Positions 27,045-34,621 of a stretch of 64,000 nt of DNA are shown here, piece after piece (position 1 is the stretch's first letter; every line of letters starts with the position of its first letter). The stretch spans positions 298,714-362,713 of the forward strand of contig CAVZGT010000005.1 of NCBI GenBank assembly GCA_963774855.1, given 5' to 3'. Made by a program: the position numbers and the translations under genes. The notes below the pieces were generated by a model that worked only from the letters and a program-made list of their open reading frames with translations, did not search any database and had not been told where the DNA came from. Source of the DNA: an uncultured Acidobacteriota bacterium (lineage in GTDB: Bacteria; Acidobacteriota; Vicinamibacteria; Vicinamibacterales; 2-12-FULL-66-21).

Positions 27045-27896
27045 TTACCTGTCTCGTGTCGAATGCGATCGATGGGCGAGGTTCGCGTTGTCATGGACGC
27101 CTCCGTATCGCCGATCGCGACCGGCAAAAGCCTGAACGGCGGAGGCGAGATCGGCCTCGTTGAAGTCCGGCCACTGGACGTCGGTGAAGTAGAGCTCGGC
27201 GTAGGCCGACTCCCAAAGCAGGAAGTCACTCAGTCGTTGTTCTCCGCCGGTGCGGATGAGCAAATCCACGTCACGCGTCCCGCCCGGTGCGTGGATGGCC
27301 TCCCGCAGAGATCGCTCGAAGGCCTGCCGCGTCGGGGGTATCCCATTGACGAGACGGCCGGCCGCCGCCACCAGCGCCTCACGGGCCGAATAGTCGATCG
27401 CAACCCGGAGATGGAGCGAGGTTCCTTCGCGCGTACGCTCCTCGACGTGCTCGATGCTGCGTCGAAGGGAACCCGGGATCCGGTCCCGGCGCCCTATCGC
27501 GCTCCAGCGTACACCGCTGTCGGCCAGGTGGGCGCACTCGGAGTCCAGGTGGTGCTGGAGCAGCAGCATCAGGTTGTCCACTTCGCTCCGCGGACGGCGC
27601 CAATTGTCCGATGAAAACGCGTAGAGCGTAAGAGTGGTGATCCCCAACGCCGGCGCGGACTCCACCGTCCGTCGGACCGCCGCGGCTCCGGCGACGTGGC
27701 CCTCCTCCCTGGGTAGACCGCGCATGACCGCCCAGCGGCCGTTCCCGTCCATGTTGATCGCGACATGGAATCGGTCGCGATTGATCGCGACATGGAATCG
27801 GTCCCGGCCTCCGTCCATTGGCTCGGCGTACCGGGCTGGGTCCGATTGTTCGGGGTGCCGCGTCCGCGAATCCAGGTACTTCGTGTCACAGAGCAT
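27045..27896 (-). CDS. uppS: undecaprenyl/isoprenyl diphosphate synthase (cis-prenyltransferase)
   Basis: [54 protein letters not shown]. The start is taken at ATG 27896 (or 27818). The listed GTG 27971 lies inside a conserved non-coding leader and two hairpins. Confidence 0.9.
   Translation of the reverse strand: MLCDTKYLDSRTRHPEQSDPARYAEPMDGGRDRFHVAINRDRFHVAINMDGNGRWAVMRGLPREEGHVAGAAAVRRTVESAPALGITTLTLYAFSSDNWRRPRSEVDNLMLLLQHHLDSECAHLADSGVRWSAIGRRDRIPGSLRRSIEHVEERTREGTSLHLRVAIDYSAREALVAAAGRLVNGIPPTRQAFERSLREAIHAPGGTRDVDLLIRTGGEQRLSDFLLWESAYAELYFTDVQWPDFNEADLASAVQAFAGRDRRYGGVHDNANLAHRSHSTRDR
27754..27803 (-). repeat. in-frame 27-nt tandem duplication inside uppS
   Basis: TTGATCGCGACATGGAATCGGTC occurs at 27754-27776 and again at 27781-27803. 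This gives ..[24 protein letters not shown], which duplicates the residues just before the catalytic DGNGRW motif. Confidence 0.9.
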
Positions 27897-27920
27897 CTCC
27901 AGAAAAGTGTAGTGCCGACC

Positions 27921-27960
27921 TTCAGGTCGGCCCGGGGCTGGCCTAAAGGCCAGCGCTAGT
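27921..27960 (-). repeat. two adjacent tetraloop hairpins (REP-like) in the uppS leader
   Basis: GCCGACC-TTCA-GGTCGGC and CTGGCC-TAAA-GGCCAG, both perfect stems, separated by CCGGGG. Confidence 0.6.
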
Positions 27961-27965
27961 CTCGG

Positions 27966-28104
27966 GCGCACCGGCCGATTCCGCCTTCGCCCAGGCTTCG
28001 GCGCGACAAGTCGGCCGCCGGCGTTCGACAGGATCGCCCGGACGGCCCGCTGGAGTCTTCACGCACAGGTGAGGGTTACGTGAGATGTCGGTGAGATTGA
28101 CGTG
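27966..28104 (-). promoter_or_regulatory. conserved leader/promoter element, copy 2, with GTGAG repeats phased at 11 bp
   Basis: GTGAG at 28069, 28080 and 28091, plus GTGCG at 28102. GGTGAGGGTTACGTGAGATGTCGGTGAG matches 25793-25820 at 26/28. GCGCACCGGCCGATTC (27966-27981) is identical to copy 1. CCGGCGTTCGACAGGATCGCCCG (28018-28040) matches at 20/23. A ~34-nt insertion is present relative to copy 1. Confidence 0.55.
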
Positions 28105-28112
28105 CGATCAGC

Positions 28113-28225
28113 AGGGTTCCGCGAGGTTCCACGAGGTTCCTCGGGGTTCCACAGGGTTCTGTTCCGCAGGGTTCGGGCAGGTTCTCTGGGTTCTCTGTCC
28201 CAGGGCGCAGAACCCAGGACAGAAT
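28113..28225. repeat. 10-bp phased GGTTCC tandem array (second copy) with terminal inverted repeat
   Basis: aGGGTTCCgcg aGGTTCCacg aGGTTCCtcg gGGTTCCaca GGGTTCTGTTCCgca GGGTTCgggca GGTTCTCTGGGTTCT.. This is followed by CTGGGTTCT..AGAACCCAG and TCTGTCC..GGACAGA inverted repeats. It shares the GGTTCTGTTCCGC unit with 9564-9661. Confidence 0.85.
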
Positions 28226-28270
28226 TCCGGGTCCACGGGCTCCGGGCCAGCGGAACTTACCAGTGCTCGC

Positions 28271-29641
28271 TCAGGGCGGGCGGCGCATCAGGCCGAGCGC
28301 CAACCCCAGTCCGAACAGCGCCGTCTCGCCGAAGGCAATGATCGCCTGCGAAGTCCGGCCGAAATCCGGTTCCCCGATCAGCCGCCCCAACGGCTCGAGC
28401 GTCGCGCGAGAGCCGTCGGCGGCACGGGCAATCACGTGAATGGTGCCGCCGACGAGCGGCCGTCCGGCAAGCGACAGGACGAGCCCGGCCAGCCCGCACA
28501 CCGACGCGGTGATCGCGGCGGCGCGCAGCAACCGGCGGCCTCGAGGCGCCGCCATACCGCCCTGAACTCCCCGCGTGGCGATGGCATACCCGATCCCCGC
28601 GGCTCCGCCGATGACGAATCCCTCGAGCGTCCCGCCGATGCCGATGCGCAAGCCGACGAGCGCTTCGAGGCTCCATCGGGCGATCCATTGGACGGCGAGG
28701 CCGACGAGCCCGCCGCCGAGCGACGCGCCGGCGACGAGGGCGGCCGGCTTCGCGGAGCGCGCGCCCGCCTCGGCCAGCGACAGTCCGCCTCCAACCCCGG
28801 CGCCGCCGAGTGCGCCAAAGACGCCGCCGAGGACGGCCAGCACCGGCGCGATCGCAACCGTGGCGGCACTTCCCGGCGCGGCGGCGAGGATCAACCCTCC
28901 CGAAGCGCCGGCCGCGACGCCCGCGAGACCGCCGCCCGCCGCGGCGCCCGCCCATCGTCTGGCGGCGATTCGCGCGGCGCGGCGCAGCCGGAGCCGCAGC
29001 AGCTCGCGCGCGACGGCAAGCGGCGCCGGCGAGCCGAGCACCGGCACCTCTCCCGCGCCGGGCACGTCCCAGCGCGCATCGCGCAGCAGCGCGCGCGCGC
29101 CGGCATGACCGGGGCGGGTGCCGAGGCGGCTCAGCGCATCCGGCGTTCCCAGCGCATGCAGCAGCTCGGCCGCCTCGCGGCGGTCGTCGTCGGTGGCGCC
29201 GGCATGGGTGAGACGATCCAGCAGCGGTTCGTAGGCATCACCAGCCGGGGCTTCGATGGCCTGCGGCGCTCCGGCAGCCTGCGGCCGCGGCACCGTCACC
29301 CGCTCCGGCCACACGCCATCGTCCTCTTCTTCGATGACGTCCGCGAAGACGAACCGGTAGCCGTGGCGCGCGACGGTGCGGATGAAGCGCGGCTCGCGCG
29401 AATCGTCGGCGAGGGTGCGGCGGAGCGTCCTGACGGCCTGGCTCAGCGCGCTGTCGGAGACGATGACGTCCGTCCAGACGCGATCGAAGATGTCGCGGCG
29501 GTGCACCGCCTCGTGACGCCGCTCGACCAGCAGGACGAGCAGGTCGAAATAGCGCGGGATGATCGGCACCTCGCGCCCGTCGCGCAGGAGGAGCCGGCGC
29601 CGGGGCGAGAGCGTGAAATCACTGAAGCGGTATCGAATCAC
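28271..29641 (-). CDS. ToxR/CadC-like membrane-anchored transcriptional regulator (OmpR/PhoB-type winged helix plus Gly-rich membrane domain)
   Basis: GTG 29641 overlaps the upstream stop (GTGA). VIRYRFSDFTLSPRRRLLLRDGREVPIIPRYFDLLVLLVERRHEAVHRRDIFDRVWTDVIVSDSALSQAVRTLRRTL..RFIRTVARHGYRF. No receiver domain. The C-terminal ~200 aa are Gly/Ala-rich hydrophobic (GGLAGVAAGASGGLILAAA, VLAVLGGVFGALGGAGVGGG, GGGLVGLAVQW, GFVIGGAAGIGYAI). The 621-aa listed ORF is over-extended. Confidence 0.75.
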   Translation of the reverse strand: MIRYRFSDFTLSPRRRLLLRDGREVPIIPRYFDLLVLLVERRHEAVHRRDIFDRVWTDVIVSDSALSQAVRTLRRTLADDSREPRFIRTVARHGYRFVFADVIEEEDDGVWPERVTVPRPQAAGAPQAIEAPAGDAYEPLLDRLTHAGATDDDRREAAELLHALGTPDALSRLGTRPGHAGARALLRDARWDVPGAGEVPVLGSPAPLAVARELLRLRLRRAARIAARRWAGAAAGGGLAGVAAGASGGLILAAAPGSAATVAIAPVLAVLGGVFGALGGAGVGGGLSLAEAGARSAKPAALVAGASLGGGLVGLAVQWIARWSLEALVGLRIGIGGTLEGFVIGGAAGIGYAIATRGVQGGMAAPRGRRLLRAAAITASVCGLAGLVLSLAGRPLVGGTIHVIARAADGSRATLEPLGRLIGEPDFGRTSQAIIAFGETALFGLGLALGLMRRPP

Positions 29642-30549
29642 GACGGTTGGCTCTGGTGCAGCGAAGAAGCACCGGATAGCTCTCGACGCCTCGCCATCGG
29701 CCACTCGCGTGCGAGCGGCGGAAGCAGCCGCAGCGACGTGCGGAGCAGCGCCGTCCAGCGCGCGAACGCCCGCACGTCGCGCGCGCGCCACTCGAAGCCG
29801 TACGCCCGGCGGATCGGTGACGGAAGCGATCCGATCGTCAGCAGCTGCATCGCCCGGAACGCCGGCCAGGCCACGTACCACCGCGGCGGGTAGAGCACCG
29901 CTCGTGCGAGCGCCCGGCTGGTGTCGGTCACGACGATGCTCCCGCTCGCCAGCATCTCGCGCATGTAGGCGTCGAGCTGCGCCGAGTCGCGCGGGAGCCA
30001 TCCAGCCGGCATCGCCAGCAGCGGCTCCATGATCGCCGCCTCCGAGCAGTACCGATCCCGCTCGCGAAGGGTCAAGGGGCCTACGAGCAGCTCGTAGACG
30101 AGCGGAATCGACTCGAGCAGCGTGGAGTGCACCCACCGCTGGAGGTCAGGATGGTGAGCGGAGTAGGCCTCGCCCGCCCCATCATTACTTACTGACGGCG
30201 GGACGCGGCCGCGCACCCGGTCGTGAATCGCGTTGATGCCCGCAGCGGCGGCGATCATCTGGTCCGTCTCGCCGAACGTGAGCGACAGCATCGCGCGAAC
30301 GGTCGAGTGCAGCCGCCGGAAGCTGGAGAGAAGGCCGCCGGAGAAGGAACTGTGCTCATGCACGCCGGCGACAACCGCGGGATGCGCCAGCTGGAGCAGG
30401 ATGGCACGGCCCCAGCCGGCCACCACGATCACCTCGCGGTTGACCTTCCAGGTGATGCTTTCGGGCCCGGCCCGCACGTGGTCGGATCGGAGCAGGCGCG
30501 CGCGCACGGCGGCGCGATGGCGTTCGAGTGAATCTGTTGCCGAAGTCAT
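29638..30549 (-). CDS. DUF2236 / MpaB-like oxygenase family protein
   Basis: 303 aa. SITWKVNREVIVVAGWGRAILLQLAHPAVVAGVHEHSSF is the family-typical N-terminal block. Confidence 0.7.
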   Translation of the reverse strand: MTSATDSLERHRAAVRARLLRSDHVRAGPESITWKVNREVIVVAGWGRAILLQLAHPAVVAGVHEHSSFSGGLLSSFRRLHSTVRAMLSLTFGETDQMIAAAAGINAIHDRVRGRVPPSVSNDGAGEAYSAHHPDLQRWVHSTLLESIPLVYELLVGPLTLRERDRYCSEAAIMEPLLAMPAGWLPRDSAQLDAYMREMLASGSIVVTDTSRALARAVLYPPRWYVAWPAFRAMQLLTIGSLPSPIRRAYGFEWRARDVRAFARWTALLRTSLRLLPPLAREWPMARRRELSGASSLHQSQPS

Positions 30550-30652
30550 TCCGCTCCGTCGATTCTGTCATCGTTTCAGTTCCCGTTGCAGGAAGCGCCG
30601 GAGCGATGGCAATAAATGCGCGGATCGACGAGACTGTTGCGGCCGAGTTCTT

Positions 30653-32104
30653 ATGCGTAAACAACTCCTCCACATGGCCGCAATCGCGTGCTTTGGATTG
30701 GCCGGAGCGTCGAGTCTCGCGCAGACGCCAAGCGCGGACCTAGCGGCCCCCAACGGCCCCGATCCGCGCGAGATTCCGGTGCCGCGCATCGTGACATCGC
30801 TGGGAACTCTGCCTGGCGTCACAGAGCTGCCGGCGCGCACGGCAATGCCCGATGTCATGGTGATGAACGACGGCACGCGCGTCACGACGCGGCGCCAGTG
30901 GGAAGCACGGCGCCGGGAAATGCGGCGCATCCTGTCGTATTACGCCGTTGGGCAGATGCCGCCCGCGCCAGGGAACGTCAAGGGCCGCGAGATTCAATCC
31001 GAGCTCGTGCTGGACGGCACAGTCAAATACCGGCTCGTTCGCCTGACGTTCGGCCCCAAGTCCCAACTCAGTCTCGACATCGGCGTGTTCACGCCCGTCA
31101 AGGGAGGGCCGTTCCCCGCCGTGATTCTCCAGGGAGGGACGCCTCCTGGCGGAATGGTGCTGCCCCGCCTGCCGCAGGGCCCGAATCAGGGACGCGGCGA
31201 AAACGTGCTGTTGCTCGTGGGGCCGGCGCCTCCCGCTGCGGGCGATCCCGCGACGTCTGCGGCGCCGGTGGGAAGAGGCCGCGGTCCGGCCGCGCCGCCG
31301 ACGGCCGCGTCAGTGGCCACACAGCGCGCGGAAGTGTTGAAGAGCGGATACGCGCTGGTGCTGTTCAATCCCAACGACTGCGCCGAGGACACGACGCTGC
31401 GGAACATGGACGGCAGTTGGGCGTTCCGCAACACGCGTTTCTTTCCCGCCTACCCCGGCTACGACTGGGGCATTCTGGCGGGCTGGGCCTGGGGCGCCTC
31501 GCGCGTCGCCGACTATCTCGAGCACGACTCGTCCATCGACGCGGCCAAGCTCATCATCACGGGCGCCTCGCGCAACGGGAAGTCCGCGATGATCGCGGCG
31601 GCGTTCGATGATCGCCTGATGGGCGCGCCGGTGGTGACGGGCGGGGGTGGCGTCGGCGCGTACCGTTTCGCGGGACCGCGCGGAAGCGAGACGCTCGACA
31701 TCATGCAGAAGAAATACCCGAACTGGTTTTCCCCGAACCTGCATCAGTTCCGGGGCCAGCGGGAGAAGCTGCCGTTCGACGAGCACTGGTTCCTGGCACT
31801 CGCGGCGCCCCGGCCGTTCATCGCCCTCGAAGGCGATGCCGACAGGATCTCACTGCCTGAAGCCGTGCGGCAGTCGATACTCGGCGCCCGTCCTGCCTAT
31901 GCGCTCTTTGGCGCACCGGATCGCCTTGGCGTGAACTTCGCCCGCCACGGTCACGCCTTCACGCCTGAAGATTGGACGGCGATGCTGGAGTTCTTCGACA
32001 AGCATCTGCGAGGCAAGCCGACCGATCGGACGTTCGATCGTTTCCCCACGGAGCAGGAGCTCGACGCGGCCGCGGCGCGAGGCGCGGCGCCGGCGAGGCA
32101 GTAG
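30653..32104 (+). CDS. secreted carbohydrate esterase family 15-like glucuronoyl esterase
   Basis: ATG 30653 within ORF 30233..32104. Signal MRKQLLHMAAIACFGLAGASSLAQ. Nucleophile motif ITGASRNGKSAM (GxSRxGK). WGILAGWAWGASRVADYL. Confidence 0.75.
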   Translation: MRKQLLHMAAIACFGLAGASSLAQTPSADLAAPNGPDPREIPVPRIVTSLGTLPGVTELPARTAMPDVMVMNDGTRVTTRRQWEARRREMRRILSYYAVGQMPPAPGNVKGREIQSELVLDGTVKYRLVRLTFGPKSQLSLDIGVFTPVKGGPFPAVILQGGTPPGGMVLPRLPQGPNQGRGENVLLLVGPAPPAAGDPATSAAPVGRGRGPAAPPTAASVATQRAEVLKSGYALVLFNPNDCAEDTTLRNMDGSWAFRNTRFFPAYPGYDWGILAGWAWGASRVADYLEHDSSIDAAKLIITGASRNGKSAMIAAAFDDRLMGAPVVTGGGGVGAYRFAGPRGSETLDIMQKKYPNWFSPNLHQFRGQREKLPFDEHWFLALAAPRPFIALEGDADRISLPEAVRQSILGARPAYALFGAPDRLGVNFARHGHAFTPEDWTAMLEFFDKHLRGKPTDRTFDRFPTEQELDAAAARGAAPARQ

Positions 32105-32164
32105 CCGCTCATCGTGTTCAGCCCGTCACGAACAGGCCGGCGCCTCCAGTAGTAGGATGTCGGC

Positions 32165-33637
32165 ATGATTCCTTCTTCTCCCGCGAGACCCGCGACCGCG
32201 TCCTCCGAGTTCTTCGATCCGGTTGGCAACGGCAACCTGCCGCCGATGCCTTACCGGGACATGCCCGAGCCGCTGCCGCTCGGCAAGGTCCTCGGCCCGA
32301 GCGTCATCCTCGCGGGACTGGGCGTGGGGTCCGGGGAGTACATCATCTGGCCGTACATGGCCTCGACCGTGGGGCTCGGCTTTCTGTGGGCCGCGGTGCT
32401 CAGCGTCACCGTGCAGTACTTCCTCAACATGGAGATCGAGCGCTACACGCTGGCAACGGGCGAGACCGCCGTGGCAGGCTTCGTCCGCTTCTGGAAGCCG
32501 TGGGGCGTGCTGTTCTGCATCTTCACGATCGTGCCGAACATGTGGCCTGGATGGGCGACGAGCGGCGTGACGATCCTGACGTTCCTGATGGGCGGCGGCA
32601 ACGTCCCGTACATCACGATTGGCGTCCTCGTCGCCGCGGGCGTTGCGCTCACCGCCTCTCCGGTGGTCTATCAGACACTCGAGCGGGCGCAATTCTTCAA
32701 GGTCGGGTTGACGCTCGTCTTTCTCGCGTTTGCGATTGCGGTCGCGATCGGCCCGTCGGCATGGGCCGAGCTGCCCAAGATGGTCACGCAGTTCGGACAA
32801 TTCCCGGACACGAATGTCCTGCCGGTCTCCCTCGTGCTGAGCGGGCTGGTCTTCGCCGGGGCGGGCGGTGTCAACAATCTGGCGCAGAGCAACTGGATCC
32901 GCGACAAGGGGTTCGGCATGGGCGTATACATCCCGCGGATCGTGTCACCGATCACCGGCGAAGAAGTGGCCGCGCCCGCCACCGGTTCGATGGTGCGCCA
33001 GGACGCGGAGAACATCCGGCGCTTCCGCGGCTGGTGGGACGTGGCGAACAAGGAACAGCTCGTGTCGTTCTGGTTCATCTGCGTCTTCTCGATCACCATC
33101 TTCTCGACGCTCGCCTATTCCACGCTCTACGGCCGGACCATTTCCGGGGAGGCCAACCTCGCGTTCATCCGGGCCGAAGGAGAGGCGCTCAAGACGGTCG
33201 TCGCCCCCTGGTTCGGTACGTTCTTCTGGGTCTTCGGCGCGCTCTCGCTGGTGCTGGTGGCGCTGGGCGTGATCGACTACATCTCCCGCATCTTCGCCGA
33301 CGTCATCAAGACGGTGTACCTGCAGGACAGTCAGCGCTGGACGGAAAGCCGCATGTACTTTCTCGTGGTGTGGAGCACGATTGCCGCGGGCTCGACCATC
33401 CTGCTGTCCGGGTTCAACCAGCCGCTGTTCCTGCTGGTCGTCTCCGCCTGCCTGAACGGCATGGTGATGTTCGTCTACTCGATTCTGCTCATCCAGCTCA
33501 ATCGACGCGGGCTTCCACCGGCGCTCCGCGTGCGCGGCCTGCGGCTGGGCATGCTGGTGTTCGCCACGGTGTTCTACGGCTTCTTCTCGGGTTGGCTGGT
33601 CCTCGTCCAGGTGCGAAGCTACCTGGCTGGACTCTGA
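32165..33637 (+). CDS. Nramp-related divalent metal transporter family protein
   Basis: 490 aa, about 11 TM. VLGPSVILAGLGVGSGEYIIWPYMASTVGLGFLWAAVLSVTVQYFLNMEIERYTLATGET resembles the distant Nramp-family branch. The classical DPGN motif is absent. Confidence 0.65.
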   Translation: MIPSSPARPATASSEFFDPVGNGNLPPMPYRDMPEPLPLGKVLGPSVILAGLGVGSGEYIIWPYMASTVGLGFLWAAVLSVTVQYFLNMEIERYTLATGETAVAGFVRFWKPWGVLFCIFTIVPNMWPGWATSGVTILTFLMGGGNVPYITIGVLVAAGVALTASPVVYQTLERAQFFKVGLTLVFLAFAIAVAIGPSAWAELPKMVTQFGQFPDTNVLPVSLVLSGLVFAGAGGVNNLAQSNWIRDKGFGMGVYIPRIVSPITGEEVAAPATGSMVRQDAENIRRFRGWWDVANKEQLVSFWFICVFSITIFSTLAYSTLYGRTISGEANLAFIRAEGEALKTVVAPWFGTFFWVFGALSLVLVALGVIDYISRIFADVIKTVYLQDSQRWTESRMYFLVVWSTIAAGSTILLSGFNQPLFLLVVSACLNGMVMFVYSILLIQLNRRGLPPALRVRGLRLGMLVFATVFYGFFSGWLVLVQVRSYLAGL

Positions 33638-33695
33638 GCGCGGCAGGACATCGCAACGATCGATCGACTGTCGTGCGCCCAAAACGACCAACGAA

Positions 33696-33721
33696 CGCGG
33701 GCCGCTCGGCGTGAGCCCGCG
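33696..33721. terminator. hairpin between convergent genes (possible bidirectional terminator)
   Basis: CGCGGGC-12 nt-GCCCGCG, between the Nramp-like stop (33637) and the OMP stop (33728). There is no clear T-tract. Confidence 0.35.
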
Positions 33722-33727
33722 CCCGCC

Positions 33728-34621
33728 TTACTTGAGGTACCAGTGTCCGGCGATCGACACGCTCAGCGGATTCTCCTCGAATCCTGAGAACGTCGTCTGG
33801 AATCGACGGTATCCGAGCTCCGCGCTCAAGCCGAATCGCGGCACGCCCCCGAACGTCAGCTCGCTGCCACCGAAGACGCGAAATCCGATGCCGTTGTCCG
33901 ACACGGACTCCTGGCCGGCGGGCGCCGAGACCTTCAACGTCTGGTGACGAAGACTCAGCACGGACCCGACGTACGGACGGATCCAGACGTAATCGCTCAC
34001 GTGATCGAACAACGCGAACACCACGCCGGGCTCCAACCGGATCGAGGTCACGCGGCCGGCGGCGACGTCGCTCGTCATCGCATCTCGCGTGAACGCCAAC
34101 TGAATCCCGAGACGGTCGCTGGGCCACGCGCGCATCGTCGCCCCGAAGCTGCTCGGTGATCCGACCAGCCCGCCAACGCCGAAGATGTGAGTGACAGGGG
34201 TGTCGTCGAGTTCGCCGCGCACCGCGATGCGCTCGGTCCCCGGCCTGTGAATCGCCGGCGGAGTCGTGGCCGCCGCGGGCTCTGGCGCTGAGGTCGCGGA
34301 CGCCGGCGCCGAGGATGTTCGCGGCAGCACGCGCGCCGCGGACGCGGCTTCGTTGGCCGGACCGAGGCGTCCCATCGTCACGTGCACGTAGGCGATCCCC
34401 TCGGGTGCGTCGGGCCAGTCAATCCTGGCCCAGCTTCCAAGATTGCGCGACACGGGCAGAACAGTGCCGCGCGGCACATGGCCGATGACGGGAGCGGCGG
34501 TGCTCGGACCCTTGTGAACGTCAGCCGACGCAACCGTGACCGTGAGCACGGGGTTCTGGGCTCGGACCAACGCCGGATTGAGCGCGAGTGCGAGGATGAC
34601 GACCGCCATGCGACGAACCAT
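33728..34621 (-). CDS. SH3-domain plus beta-barrel outer membrane protein
   Basis: ATG 34621 (GGAGGGG RBS) gives signal MVRRMAVVILALALNPALVRAQ. SH3_3-like ADVHKGPSTAAPVIGHVPRGTVLPVSRNLGSWARIDW, a Pro/Ala linker, then alternating-pattern beta strands ending ..SVSIAGHWYLK. Confidence 0.6.
   Translation of the reverse strand: MVRRMAVVILALALNPALVRAQNPVLTVTVASADVHKGPSTAAPVIGHVPRGTVLPVSRNLGSWARIDWPDAPEGIAYVHVTMGRLGPANEAASAARVLPRTSSAPASATSAPEPAAATTPPAIHRPGTERIAVRGELDDTPVTHIFGVGGLVGSPSSFGATMRAWPSDRLGIQLAFTRDAMTSDVAAGRVTSIRLEPGVVFALFDHVSDYVWIRPYVGSVLSLRHQTLKVSAPAGQESVSDNGIGFRVFGGSELTFGGVPRFGLSAELGYRRFQTTFSGFEENPLSVSIAGHWYLK

Noticed and set aside
27897-27971. N-terminal extension of UppS from the listed GTG start at 27971
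   Set aside because: The GTG lies inside the 16-nt block GCGCACCGGCCGATTC, which is also conserved in the non-coding yjbQ leader. The extension would also translate two perfect REP-like hairpins. The internal ATG at 27896 (or 27818) is preferred.
28113-28170. Phased GGAACC cores (minus strand) as a battery of ECF -35 boxes
   Set aside because: The only downstream CGTC lies 13 nt after the last core, whereas about 16-17 nt would be expected. The homologous array at 9564-9661 sits between convergent 3' ends, where a promoter makes no sense.
28085-30136. 602-aa plus ORF 28085..29893 and the N-terminal 165 aa of minus ORF 28271..30136
   Set aside because: The plus ORF is the antisense shadow of the regulator gene. 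The minus-ORF extension overlaps the DUF2236 gene out of frame. A GTG at 29641 overlapping the DUF2236 stop gives a clean winged-helix N-terminus.
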